Positions 1 to 9,186 of a DNA stretch of 15,874 nt are shown in pieces. This DNA is from a virus (Duplodnaviria > Heunggongvirae > Uroviricota > Caudoviricetes). A program made the translations under genes and the position numbers. Under the pieces are notes generated by a model, which did no database searches, was not told where the DNA came from, and saw only the letters and a program-made list of their open reading frames with translations. Location of the stretch: IMG/VR virus record IMGVR_UViG_2671180770_000015, one strand, 5' to 3'. Within the stretch, counting starts at the first letter, position 1; every line of letters begins with the position of its first letter.

Positions 1-100
1 ATTCTGAACTTTTGCTTTGCCACGGAATGGTCTGTGTTGTCGGGAGGATGCGTGATCTGATCCTTCAACTCAGCAAAAGTTCGATTTATTCAACAAAGCC
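1..100 (-). mobile_element. Partial IS903-group (IS5 family) insertion sequence, terminal 100 bp only; element body would continue beyond the left window edge
   Basis: Bases 1-100 are the exact reverse complement of 15775-15874. Bases 82-100 are the reverse complement of GGCTTTGTTGAATAAATCG, which I recall as the IS903 terminal inverted repeat. The outward-reading frame encodes ...SVAKQKFR, resembling the IS903 transposase N-terminal region. Recalled, not searched. Confidence 0.7.
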
Positions 101-600
101 TCAAACCTCAGCAAATAATCGAAGAACACATTAGCGGCTCAGCAGCAACCAGTGAGCGTCCTGGTTTTAACCGGTTGCTTGCTCGCCTGAAATGTGGTGA
201 TCAATTGATTGTGACAAAACTGGATCGCCTTGGTTGTAATGCAATGGATATCAGGAAAACAGTGGAACAACTGACCGAAACAGGTATCAGAGTGCATTGC
301 TTGGCATTGGGTGGCATTGACCTGACCAGTCCAACAGGAAAAATGATGATGCAAGTAATTTCAGCAGTCGCTGAATTTGAACGAGACCTTTTACTTGAAC
401 GCACTCATTCCGGGATAGTAAGAGCCCGCGGCGCAGGGAAACGCTTTGGTCGACCACCTGTGTTAAATGAAGAACAGAAACAGGTGGTATTCGAACGAAT
501 TAAGTCAGGTGTAAGTATAAGTGCCATTGCCCGGGAATTCAAAACCTCGCGGCAAACCATTTTAAGAGCCAAAGCAAAACTTCAGACACCTGACATATAA
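101..600 (+). pseudogene. Serine recombinase (PinQ/PinR-like resolvase/invertase family), 5'-truncated at the IS junction; catalytic-serine region missing
   Basis: Frame open from 61 to stop at 598-600, with no ATG/GTG (ORF track starts at TTG 175). Translation [13 protein letters not shown]...VTKLDRLG...[14 protein letters not shown]...GRPP plus C-terminal [18 protein letters not shown] matches the serine recombinase catalytic core and DNA-binding domain, but the N-terminal xRVSTxxQ motif is absent and replaced by IS-derived sequence. Confidence 0.85.
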
Positions 601-627
601 AAAATAATCTCGGTGTGAGATGCTTTA
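601..627. terminator. Bidirectional hairpin between convergent pin remnant and tfa
   Basis: ATCTC-ggtgt-GAGAT stem-loop at 607-621, flanked by an A-run upstream and T-rich sequence downstream. Confidence 0.4.
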
Positions 628-697
628 CGTGTTCCAAGCCCCCTTCCTTGCCGTAAATGGAAAGATACATCTAATTATAGAATTTATATGTTTTACC

Positions 698-1273
698 CTA
701 CGGCAGTGCTGGCCATTCAATATCCTGTGCAGTTGACGTATCAACACGGTTCAGCAATACCCGATACTTTTTCCATGCTTCCAGCAACGAGATTTCTTCC
801 TCCGTTGCAATTTCCAGATCTGCAGCATCCTGAAGCGGCGCAATATGCTCACTGGCTACCTGCATCAGGTTGTTTTTTGTTTCTTCCGCCTCCCGGATCC
901 GGAACAGTTTTTCTGCTTCCGTATCCTTCACCCAAGCTGTGCCGTTCCACTTCTGAAACTCCCCTTTCGGCGATAACCAGGTAACATTTTCCGGTAACGG
1001 ACCGAGTTCAGAAATAAATAACGCGTCGCCGGAAGCCACGTCATAGACGGTTTTTCCCCGATGATCTTCAACGAGATGCCACGATGCCTCATCACTGTTG
1101 AAAACAGCCACGAAGCCTGCCGGAATATCTGGCGGTGCAATATCGGTACTGTTTGCTGGCAGACCTGTATGAGGCGGAATATATGCGTCACCTTCACCAA
1201 TAAATTCATTAGTTCCGGCCAGCAGATTATAAATTTTTATGGTCCGTGCTTGTTCACTCATTCTGAATGCCAT
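698..1273 (-). CDS. tfa: Tail fibre assembly protein Tfa (lambda Tfa-like chaperone)
   Basis: 191-aa [42 protein letters not shown]..., near-identical to lambda Tfa as recalled. Its start codon overlaps the stf stop (TAATG at 1271-1275). Confidence 0.93.
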   Translation of the reverse strand: MAFRMSEQARTIKIYNLLAGTNEFIGEGDAYIPPHTGLPANSTDIAPPDIPAGFVAVFNSDEASWHLVEDHRGKTVYDVASGDALFISELGPLPENVTWLSPKGEFQKWNGTAWVKDTEAEKLFRIREAEETKNNLMQVASEHIAPLQDAADLEIATEEEISLLEAWKKYRVLLNRVDTSTAQDIEWPALP

Positions 1274-4236
1274 TATGCAAGCCTCACAATATAGTTAAAT
1301 GCGATGTTTTTGACGGTGTTTTCCGCGTTACCAGCAGCGTTAACGGTGATGGTGTGTCCATGTGAACCAATCGCAACGGAGTGCGTATGAGCACCAATAC
1401 TGACAGTATGTGCATGTGCGCCTGCGCTTGCAGCAGTGCCGGACAGCGAGTGGGTATGAGCACCATCTGATGATGTCTTCCCTGCATTACGAGTCTGGCC
1501 ACTACCGCTTGTTGTGCTCATAATCCCCGCGCTTAGATTTGAAATCGCGGTATAACCATTAGGGAAAATGCTCGTGTTCGTGCCACCAAATGCACCGGAA
1601 CTCTTGTGTTGGTGCGCACCGGCACTATTTGCAGTCCCGCTAATACTATGGGTATGCGCCCCGGTGTTATTCGTGGATTTGGTTCCGTAATCAAACGACG
1701 ATGTGTTTTTCGTCCCCAAATCCGTACTGGATGCGCTGGCGCTGTGGGTGTGCGATTTAATGCCGTCCTGTTCCTGAGACAATACGGCACGACCACTGGC
1801 GGGTTTGCCCTTAATCGTCCAGCCACGCATATCAGGGAGCACGCCTGACGGATAAGCGGCTGCAAGTTTCGGGTATGCAGATTTGTCAAAAGTCTGCCCC
1901 TGCATCAGGGCATAGCCAGACGGAACGGTATCTGATGGCCACGGGATTGGTGCGCCAGGCGGATAAAACTGCTCTGATGGCGTATAGAGTGAATAAACTG
2001 TACCGTCCGTTAACCCTTCCGGCTTATTAGCAGAATATGCTGGTGACGTATGAATCGTCACGCTGGCATTACTGGTATAATCCCATTGAATATTTACACC
2101 AGTCGCATAATTTCCGATTGCAACGTAAATATCGTAAGTATCACCAGATGTATTGACCCAGGCAAAATTTGTAAACCCTGTCGATGTGCGCTGCCATAAA
2201 GCACCAGTAATCCCCTTCGGATTACCATTACCTGCACGCAAAACAAGTTCAGATATACCTGCCTGTTGAGGTGACCCCACGTTAAATCCCGCGCCACCAA
2301 TCAACGTAATTGAAACAACAGAACTCGCCTGTGGCATGGTTACCGTTGCTAATTTGAACCAACCAGCACCACCACTGAATGACATTGTTGTTGAGTTAAG
2401 CGTACCAATATCTTTCGGCGTCAGTGTTATATCAGCTGAAAGCGCCTTACCATTCACCTTACGGGCAGAAGGTACCCGACCATTCGCATTATCATTAGCT
2501 GCTTTCACTGCTTTCGGTGTCGCAGCAAGCGTTTCAGATGCGCTGTTGGTTGCACTACTGAGCTGGACAATTCCTTTTTGTGTTGTCGTAGAGTCCTGAG
2601 CAGTATATTTCCCGTTAGCAAGGTCATAGGCTGCCTTTACCGACTTTGGCGTTGCCGCCAGCATTTCAGATGTGCTGTTGGTCGCGTTGCTAAGCTGAAC
2701 TATCCCTTTCTGTGCTGTCGTTGCATCCTGTGCGGTGTATTTCCCGTTAGCCAGCTCATACGCGGCCTTAACGGCTTTTGGCGTTGCCGCCAGTGACTCG
2801 GAAGTGCTGTTAGTCGCACTGCTGAGCTGTACTATCCCCTTTTTCGTCGTGCTCGCATCCTCAAGCGCCACGGCGGATGCAATATCCTCTGCCCGTTTTG
2901 CCGCTGTCTCGGCGCGCGTTGCCGCGGATTCCGCCGTACTTTTGCTCTGAGCTGCCGCCGTCGCACTGCCAGCTGCCTCTGTCGCCTTCGTGGATGCCGT
3001 CGTGGCGCTGCCCTTTGCTGCTGACGCCTGTCTGGTCGCCTCATCTTTTGAAGCAGACGCAGATGATGCCGATGACGCCGCCGAACTGGCGGACGATGCG
3101 GCAGCCGTTTTTGAGGATTCTGCGCTGGTTTCCGACGCTTTCGCGTTCGTCTCGGATGTCTTCGCTGCGGAAGCAGACCTCGCTGCTGCGCTGGCCTGTT
3201 CAGTGGCTTCGCCAGCCTTCGTTGTGGCTGTTGAAGCGGACGATGCGGCGCTTTCTGCCGATTTTCCGGCGGCGCTAGCACTGGCTGAGGCCTGCCCGGC
3301 ACTTGTTGACGCTGCACTGGCAGACGACGCAGCCGCTGTTTTTGAGCCTGCCGCAGCTGAGGCACTCTGTTCCGCTGCCGTTTCAGAAGACCTGGCGTTT
3401 GTCTCAGACGTCTTTGCCGCCTTCGCGGAATTGCCTGCCGCCGTTGCCGAGGAAGCGGCACTACTGGCGCTTGATGATGCGTTCGTTTCTGATGATTTCG
3501 CTGCCTCTTTTGAGGCCGCCGCATCCCGGGCTGAGGTGGCAGCTTCTGACGCCTTCGTGGTCGCGGCGGATGCAGAAGTAGCTGCTGATTGTTGTGACGC
3601 TGCCGCATTCGTTTCTGACGTTTTCGCCGCAGCGGCACTGGTAGCTGCCGCGCTTTTTGAGGACTCTGCAGCAGCAGCACTTTTCGATGCTTCACTGGCC
3701 TTTGTTGATGCCGTTCCTGCGCTGGAAGATGCTGACTGAGCAGATGATGCAGCCTGTCCGGCTGACGTGCTGGCGGCACGAGCTGAGCCTGCAGCATCGG
3801 TTGCATGAGTTGCCGCCTCACTGGCAGATGTGCTGGCATCACTGGCTGACTTCTTCGCGGCTGCCATGTTCTGTGCCACTGCGGACGCGTTACGCGCCAC
3901 CTCTTCCACCATCAGTTCAAAACGTCGCAGAGCCTCCGGACGGGCATCATCCTCCGTCATAGCACCGAGAAAATCATTCAGCGTACCGGGTCGGGAATCT
4001 TCATACACGGTGATGGTCCCGGCATGTGACGGCGGGAATCCTTCCACCAACAGAATAACGCTGTACTGACCGTACTCAACGTCCATGCTGTAACGCCCGG
4101 CTTCATCCGGATTTTCTGAGGCCAGCGTGTTCACCACCACCGCTGTGCTGTTACGTTTTGCTTTCAGCTGGATTGTGCAGTTCTGTACCGGTTTTCCTGT
4201 GCCGTCTTTCAGTACACCTGAAATCTTTACTGCCAT
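1273..4236 (-). CDS. stf: Side tail fibre protein Stf (lambda Stf-like), intact
   Basis: The ORF is 989 aa from a GTG at 4242; the likely true start is the ATG at 4236 ([26 protein letters not shown]...), matching the lambda Stf N-terminus. It has a long Ala/Ser-rich region, three tandem tail-fibre repeats, a His-rich GAHxH region and the C-terminus ...[11 protein letters not shown]. Confidence 0.93.
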   Translation of the reverse strand: MAVKISGVLKDGTGKPVQNCTIQLKAKRNSTAVVVNTLASENPDEAGRYSMDVEYGQYSVILLVEGFPPSHAGTITVYEDSRPGTLNDFLGAMTEDDARPEALRRFELMVEEVARNASAVAQNMAAAKKSASDASTSASEAATHATDAAGSARAASTSAGQAASSAQSASSSAGTASTKASEASKSAAAAESSKSAAATSAAAAKTSETNAAASQQSAATSASAATTKASEAATSARDAAASKEAAKSSETNASSSASSAASSATAAGNSAKAAKTSETNARSSETAAEQSASAAAGSKTAAASSASAASTSAGQASASASAAGKSAESAASSASTATTKAGEATEQASAAARSASAAKTSETNAKASETSAESSKTAAASSASSAASSASSASASKDEATRQASAAKGSATTASTKATEAAGSATAAAQSKSTAESAATRAETAAKRAEDIASAVALEDASTTKKGIVQLSSATNSTSESLAATPKAVKAAYELANGKYTAQDATTAQKGIVQLSNATNSTSEMLAATPKSVKAAYDLANGKYTAQDSTTTQKGIVQLSSATNSASETLAATPKAVKAANDNANGRVPSARKVNGKALSADITLTPKDIGTLNSTTMSFSGGAGWFKLATVTMPQASSVVSITLIGGAGFNVGSPQQAGISELVLRAGNGNPKGITGALWQRTSTGFTNFAWVNTSGDTYDIYVAIGNYATGVNIQWDYTSNASVTIHTSPAYSANKPEGLTDGTVYSLYTPSEQFYPPGAPIPWPSDTVPSGYALMQGQTFDKSAYPKLAAAYPSGVLPDMRGWTIKGKPASGRAVLSQEQDGIKSHTHSASASSTDLGTKNTSSFDYGTKSTNNTGAHTHSISGTANSAGAHQHKSSGAFGGTNTSIFPNGYTAISNLSAGIMSTTSGSGQTRNAGKTSSDGAHTHSLSGTAASAGAHAHTVSIGAHTHSVAIGSHGHTITVNAAGNAENTVKNIAFNYIVRLA
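2476..2871 (-). repeat. Three tandem copies of a ~132-bp (44-aa) phage tail-fibre repeat inside stf
   Basis: Protein repeats ...KGIVQLS(S/N)ATNS(T/A)SE(S/M/T)LAATPK(A/S)VKAA... occur three times, with matching DNA periodicity around 2476-2871. Confidence 0.75.
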
Positions 4237-4247
4237 ATTCACCCCAC

Positions 4248-4273
4248 AAAAAAGCCCGCCTGAACAGGCGGGC
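4248..4273 (-). terminator. Rho-independent terminator immediately upstream of stf (downstream of the lom remnant)
   Basis: Minus-strand GCCCGCCTG-ttca-GGCGGGC followed by TTTTTTGTGGGG; the stem is 4254-4273 and the U-tract is the complement of the A-run at 4248-4253. Confidence 0.8.
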
Positions 4274-4300
4274 TGTCATAACACTGTGTTACCTGGCTAA

Positions 4301-4561
4301 TCAGAACTTATAACCGACACCCACGATGAAACCGTCAGTGCGCCAGTCACCACTGCCGGAGCCTTCATAAGCAATATCAATGGCCACGGATTCGGTCGGG
4401 TTAAACTGCACGCCAGCTCCCCACGCCAGAGACGTGTTGCTGTGGCGACCGTCATCACTTCCGGTCAGCACGTCGTGCGTTTTCCCCTTGTTGTCAGTTA
4501 CGCGGAGATAATCCCCGGAGAAAGTCGACACACGGCTGTAAGCCATACCGATATGCTCCAC
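4301..4561 (-). pseudogene. lom: Lom outer-membrane protein (Ail/Lom family), 3' fragment only (~80 C-terminal residues, no signal peptide)
   Basis: Translation ...SLAWGAGVQFNPTESVAIDIAYEGSGSGDWRTDGFIVGVGYKF matches the lambda Lom C-terminal beta-barrel strands; the N-terminal ~120 residues are absent. Confidence 0.85.
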
Positions 4562-5390
4562 TTAACCGACCACCATCACGGGCCTGCTGTTGCATAAAGT
4601 CCGCTGCCGCTTTTTTCCCAAGGTCATAAACCACCTTCAGGGCAGCCGGACCTATCTGCCCGTTCGTGCCATCGTTATTGATCTCGATGTTGTACTGCGG
4701 GGCAAACATCGCCATACCTGAACCACCAATATCCGCCACAACCCCCAGCTTACCGTCAGCACCACGACGCAGTGGCAGAATGGCTTCAGGTCCAGCTTCC
4801 CCCATCACACCCGCGCCTTTTGCAAAAGCAAAAAACGTCGGACGGTTAACCACCGTGCCACTGTAACGACTCAAATCAGCAGACTGATAAATCCCCCCAT
4901 TGGCATTCAGGGAAAGGCTGCTGAGATCAAATCCCAGTACACTGCCAATCCCTTTTATCGATTTCATCATGGTTGCCTGCGCCAGGATTTTCGCCATATC
5001 TGACAGCACCGAAGAGGTGAAGGATTTGAAGTTGAGTTTGCCGGTAGTGACAAAAGTTGCCAGGCCATTTCCCATGTTGCTGAAGGCTGACGAGAACACC
5101 TGTTCTGCTGTTCCTGCCGTATTGTCTGCATCCACGGTAAAATCCTGAAATGCACGCAGGACTCCGTTTTTCCAGTTACCCTGCACAACTTCAAGCTGTT
5201 GCCAGTAACGGCGATTCTCATTCAGTTGTCGGTTCAGGCTCTCCGTCAGCGCCTGCTCGGCCTTTCTGTAGTCATCCGTGTTATATGTCCCTTTCTGCTC
5301 ACTATCCCGCCTCAACTGCTCCAGCTGTTGCTGGTATTTCTGGCGAAGACTCAGTTGTACCTGATATCGCTGCCGCTGCTGATCACCCAT
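4494..5390 (-). pseudogene. Tail tape measure protein (lambda gpH-like), C-terminal ~280-residue remnant, reading through into the lom remnant
   Basis: Translation ...INNDGTNGQIGPAALKVVYDLGKKAAADFMQQQARDGG... matches the lambda gpH C-terminus. The native stop is missing and the frame runs a further ~17 codons into lom-derived DNA. A stop lies 9 nt upstream of the first Met, so the N-terminal ~550 residues are absent. Confidence 0.85.
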
Positions 5391-5548
5391 ACCTGGTTAT
5401 CTCCCGCAACGGTATTCCCGGCAACCTGCCGGGTGGCAACCGAGACCGCTTTCTGTGCCACACGGTTTATCGCCCATGCGCTGGCCTGTGGCACCATATG
5501 GGTATCAAGGCTGTTCAGATTGCGGATGGCATTCTCAAGCCCCTTCAT
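5351..5548 (-). pseudogene. Tail completion protein (lambda gpZ-like), N-terminal ~45-residue stub running out of frame into the tape measure remnant
   Basis: MKGLENAIRNLNSLDTHMVPQASAWAINRVAQ resembles the lambda gpZ N-terminus (MAIKGLEQAVENL...AMAINRVAS); similarity is lost after about residue 44 and the ORF terminates inside the tape-measure frame. Confidence 0.6.
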
Positions 5549-5559
5549 CCCACACCTCT

Positions 5560-5835
5560 TTACTCAATAAAGATCATTGGCTTACCATTAAAACGTTCAT
5601 GCCGTGTGACCGTCCATTGTTGTCCGTCATAAACAACGCGATCCCCGCGCCGTGGGCGGTATCCCGAAGAAAACACCACCAGAGAGACCGCAGGTCCGGA
5701 CAGAGCATTCAGCTCTGCCAGTGTTTCTCCCGGGATCACAGTCATATCGACATCATTAATCGAGGCTGTCTTTCCCATCTTTCTGACCGTGATAGCATCC
5801 ATACGCGCTGCCAGCCGGGAAAAGGGAGCAGACAT
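5560..5835 (-). CDS. Head-tail joining protein (lambda FII-like)
   Basis: 91-aa ORF; the pattern ...RRGDRVVYDGQQWTV... resembles lambda FII (...LRRGDTLTIGEENFWVDRV), and the gene sits between head and tail genes. Confidence 0.55.
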   Translation of the reverse strand: MSAPFSRLAARMDAITVRKMGKTASINDVDMTVIPGETLAELNALSGPAVSLVVFSSGYRPRRGDRVVYDGQQWTVTRHERFNGKPMIFIE

Positions 5836-6151
5836 TGAGTTTTACCGGCACTTCTTCTGCACTGGTTCCGGCATCTGCCCAGACAACCCCGACCAGCGGA
5901 TCAGAGCCGCTGTTAGTCAGCTGAACTTTTCCGGACTTCAGATAAACCTTCTTACCCGTTTTCATGTCATCCGTTTTCAGCTTAGGCAGCATAAACACAC
6001 CTTCGGTCATGCCGTCGCCTGTTTCACCCTGTGGAATATTGGTCAGCGCCACCGCAAAAACATCACCCACCTGCACCAGATCTCCGCTGCTGATGGCTGC
6101 ACTGGCAACAATCGCCACCGTTTTTCCTTCTTCTACAAAATTCTTTGCCAT
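5756..6151 (-). CDS. Phage head protein, DUF2190-like (putative capsid cement/decoration protein)
   Basis: The ORF track starts at 6196; the likely start is the ATG at 6151, preceded by GGAG (MAKNFVEEGKTVAIVASAAISSGDLVQVGDVFAVA...). Family assignment is from recalled sequence pattern and position immediately after the capsid gene. Confidence 0.5.
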   Translation of the reverse strand: MAKNFVEEGKTVAIVASAAISSGDLVQVGDVFAVALTNIPQGETGDGMTEGVFMLPKLKTDDMKTGKKVYLKSGKVQLTNSGSDPLVGVVWADAGTSAEEVPVKLNVCSLFPAGSAYGCYHGQKDGKDSLD

Positions 6152-6194
6152 AACTGTCTCCGCACAGCCCCGTTCAGGGGCTGATTTCAGGTAC

Positions 6195-6214
6195 AAAAAA
6201 AGCCCTTACGGGCC
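6195..6214 (-). terminator. Putative weak intrinsic terminator just downstream of the capsid gene
   Basis: Minus-strand GGCCCGTAAGGGC hairpin followed by seven T (complement of the A-run at 6195-6201). Confidence 0.4.
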
Positions 6215-6237
6215 ATCAGAGTTGTTGTCTGCGACGT

Positions 6238-8199
6238 TTACGCCGTACATTTCACCAGACCGCGGTGATCAACTGGCGCGACACCGGCGTCAATACGCAC
6301 TTTCGTTGTCACGCCATCCACACTGAAGCCCTCCATCTGATCAATATATGGCGTATCCACACCGTTGAGATAAGCCACTTCAATCGTATCGGAGCCTTTT
6401 GACGCAGCCAGGTAGAAGGTGGTCTGGCTGTTATCATCAAGACGAGGCTCTGCAATAACGGTCGCAAAATCTTTCACCGGGTTAATAATACCGGCGTTAA
6501 TGTCAGCCCCCTTGACACTTGAGGAGCGAATGACCTGGTTAGCAACAGACTCCATCGCCGTCGGTACCAGTACGAACGCAGGACGAATATTCAGATGACG
6601 CTCCCCCTCTTTCTGAACGCGCATCAACTGGCGGGCTTTATCCAGCGATGCCACGTCCATTGCAGCGCTCTCCAGTACGTTTGCATGTTTCGCTTTATCG
6701 AACAGACTTACATTATCTGTGGAGATTTTCGGGTTAGACGTCAGAATGGCATAAACCAGATCGGCAATAGTGGATTTCGCCGCACGGCCCAGTTTCATCG
6801 GGACATCGGTCAGCATATTCAGATCATCATTGATAATGGCCTGACGGGTGATACTGAACAGCTCGCCATAGGTCGCCAGTGCAATAGTGGCCTGTTTATC
6901 TCCGGTGGTGACGTATTTATATTCCGCCCCTTCACGCACCTGACGCAGAGCACTGAAGCCCCCCATACCCACACGATGGGCAATTTTAAAATCAGACAAC
7001 TGACCTTTCCGCGTCCACTGTTCATAGGTTTCAGGGGCATCTTCCCAGCCCTGCAGAATGGCTTTGTTCGCAACATCCAGCAGAATATTACCGAAGTCAG
7101 ACGTACTGTGTGTGAACGCCGCACCGACCATCTGCATCGGGTTATAACTGGAAACCCCAATACCCCGTTCAGTCAGTGACATACGGGCATATTCACGCAG
7201 GGTCATCCCGTTGTAGACATTATCACGTTCGGTTTTTTCAAATCCGGCACGCGCCATCAGCGCCTGGCGGATCCCGTCCCCCACAAAATTACCGTTACCG
7301 GCATAAATATGAGCCGGGGTATTTTTATTGGATGGCGTGGACTCGTGCCCCATCTCGTTCAACAGCTTTTCGCGGGCCTGCTCCAGCGAACATTCAGGAT
7401 CGGCAAGACACTGAGCCTGCAGCGACTGATAACGCCCGCCAAACATGGCAAACAGATCATTAATACCGTTTACACGCGCTTTTTGCTCTGCCAGGACCTG
7501 CGCACGGATGCTGTTTTCATCCACCACGGGTGCTGCTGCTGCCTGCACTGGCGTCCGGGAGGCTGCAGGTTCATCATCCTGTACGCGTGGAGCACTGTTG
7601 CGTGGCGGAGTAATCATGTTTCGAATGGATTCCGGCATCTTTTTAAATTCCTCTGTACGTTTTGACTGAATACATGCCATTGCCTTAACGGCTGGCGTTA
7701 CCTGATCAGCAAATCCATGTGCCAGACATTCGGCACCGGACATCCAGGTCTCATCCACCAGCATGGCAGCAATTTCATCGGTGGTTTTCCCGGTTTTCTG
7801 TGCATAAGCGGGTAACAGAACCGCCTCAACCTTATCGAGCAGGTCGGCATAGGTGCGCATGTCCTCCGCATCACCGCCCGTAAAGCCAAATGGTTTATGA
7901 ATCATCATGAAGGTGTTTTCCGGCATAATGACCGGGTTTCCCACCATCGCAATGACCGACGCCATTGACGCCGCCACACCGTCGACATAAACGGTAATGG
8001 ACGCACCATGTGTTTTCAGCGCATTAAAAATGGCGATGCCTTCAAAGACATCGCCACCCGGTGAATTAATATGGAGATTAATGTGGGTGATATCGCCCAG
8101 TGCATTCAGATCACTGATAAACTGCTTCGCTGTAACACCCCAGAAACCAATCTCGTCATAAATATAAATATCCGCGTCACTCTGGTGACCAGCCTGCAT
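6238..8199 (-). CDS. Prohead protease (ClpP/S14 family) fused to HK97-fold major capsid protein
   Basis: Single open frame 6238-8460. The N-terminal part has the ClpP-like motifs IYIYDEIGFWG and INSPGGDVFEGIAIFNAL; the C-terminal ~400 aa look like a major capsid protein. The likely start is the ATG at 8199 (MQAGHQSDADIYIY...); an alternative ATG at 8331 cannot be excluded. Confidence 0.8.
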   Translation of the reverse strand: MQAGHQSDADIYIYDEIGFWGVTAKQFISDLNALGDITHINLHINSPGGDVFEGIAIFNALKTHGASITVYVDGVAASMASVIAMVGNPVIMPENTFMMIHKPFGFTGGDAEDMRTYADLLDKVEAVLLPAYAQKTGKTTDEIAAMLVDETWMSGAECLAHGFADQVTPAVKAMACIQSKRTEEFKKMPESIRNMITPPRNSAPRVQDDEPAASRTPVQAAAAPVVDENSIRAQVLAEQKARVNGINDLFAMFGGRYQSLQAQCLADPECSLEQAREKLLNEMGHESTPSNKNTPAHIYAGNGNFVGDGIRQALMARAGFEKTERDNVYNGMTLREYARMSLTERGIGVSSYNPMQMVGAAFTHSTSDFGNILLDVANKAILQGWEDAPETYEQWTRKGQLSDFKIAHRVGMGGFSALRQVREGAEYKYVTTGDKQATIALATYGELFSITRQAIINDDLNMLTDVPMKLGRAAKSTIADLVYAILTSNPKISTDNVSLFDKAKHANVLESAAMDVASLDKARQLMRVQKEGERHLNIRPAFVLVPTAMESVANQVIRSSSVKGADINAGIINPVKDFATVIAEPRLDDNSQTTFYLAASKGSDTIEVAYLNGVDTPYIDQMEGFSVDGVTTKVRIDAGVAPVDHRGLVKCTA

Positions 8200-8335
8200 C
8201 CTGAACCAGGAATTATTCTTCGGACTGGTCGTCGGTGTGCTGCGGCTCCTGTCGTTTCGTTGCGGCACTGCTGCCTCCTTTATCACTGGCCGGATCGGTA
8301 TCAAATACCAGATCCAGCTTGCGGTTTTCATCAAT

Positions 8336-9154
8336 TTAGGCCTTGCGCCGACGTTTGACATCATCCGGATTACGACCACCAGCACGTACCCAGTCTGATT
8401 CTGTCGCCGCTCCACCACGAATCTGGATTTTCCAGGCCTCAGCCTCCTTAACAGGGTCAATCCACGGCATCACCGGTCCGGAATACACCGCGGTATACAG
8501 TGAAGAACGGTCAAGATCGCGGGGTAGCCTGATAACACCGGATGCCACAGCCTGTTTCAGCCAGGCACGATACATCGGGCGGGTGACGGCACCAATAAAC
8601 CAGTCCTGCAGGATCAGGTAGCCATCAGTAGACTCAACCAGTTCCTGACGCTGCGCGCTGTAAGTGCCGTTATAGTTGCGTGCCGTACTGGAAAAACTCA
8701 GACGACTGCCCGCCGCCACGGCACGCAACTGACCATTACGAAAAGTTTCAAGGTTAGGATTGGGACGATCCGACTTCACCATTCCGATTTCTTCGCCGGG
8801 TTTCAGATCGTCGTAAATAATGCCTGGCTGAATGGTAAGCTCGCGTTCATTCTCCTTGCTGCCATTACCATCCGGTTCATAGCTCTGCCCGTCGCCTTTC
8901 CGGATGTACATCCCCAGAGCAGCGGCGATCCTTGCTGCAGTCAGCTCAGAATCTTCATACTCTTTCAGAGCACTGAGGCGGATCAGCACACCGGACAACA
9001 AAGACGTCCCGCGCATCTGGTGCAGACGGCGAACAAATTTAAGATGCAGCATTCGCTCTGCATCCACTTCTTTGGTTTCCATCTGCCGCCCGGATACGGG
9101 ACGGCTTTTATACACCAGATATTTTTCGGGACACCCCCAGTCATCAACAAACAC
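8336..9154 (-). pseudogene. Portal protein (lambda gpB-like), C-terminal ~270 residues only
   Basis: Translation ...YSAQRQELVESTDGYLILQDWFIGAVTRPMYRAWLKQAVASGVIRLP... resembles the lambda B C-terminal half (...YSSARASANESWRYF...EEALLRGIIRPP); the N-terminal half is missing. Confidence 0.7.
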
Positions 9155-9186
9155 GCCCTGATTCAGCCTGTTGCTCTCATCACTGG

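Noticed and set aside
1-100. Idea that the terminal inverted repeats are hix/gix-type crossover sites for the adjacent Pin-like recombinase, making this a giant invertible segment
   Set aside because: No AAACC...GGTTT dyad typical of Hin-family sites is present, the recombinase lacks its catalytic serine, and the repeat matches an IS903-type end instead. RecA-mediated inversion remains possible and is kept as a finding.
61-100. Apparent similarity of the IS-derived codons ([10 protein letters not shown]) to the resolvase catalytic motif (ARVSTSQQSL)
   Set aside because: Most likely coincidence: the critical Ser/Thr are absent, and recombinase similarity starts sharply after the IS boundary at position 100.
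139-404. Minus-strand ORFs of 71 and 67 aa overlapping the pin remnant
   Set aside because: Antisense to a clearly recognisable recombinase frame, with no family resemblance.
2832-3842. Long antisense and alternative-frame ORFs (336 aa Arg/Pro/Gln-rich on the minus strand; 249 aa Ala/Asp-rich and several others on the plus strand) in 2300-4070
   Set aside because: They lie inside the well-supported stf gene and arise from its GC-rich, repetitive Ala/Ser codons, which leave other frames free of stops; compositionally implausible as proteins.
5789-8358. Numerous plus-strand ORFs (for example 5789-6184, 6595-7179, 7176-7463, 7309-7665, 8071-8358) opposite the head genes
   Set aside because: All are antisense to strongly supported minus-strand structural genes and have no recognisable features.
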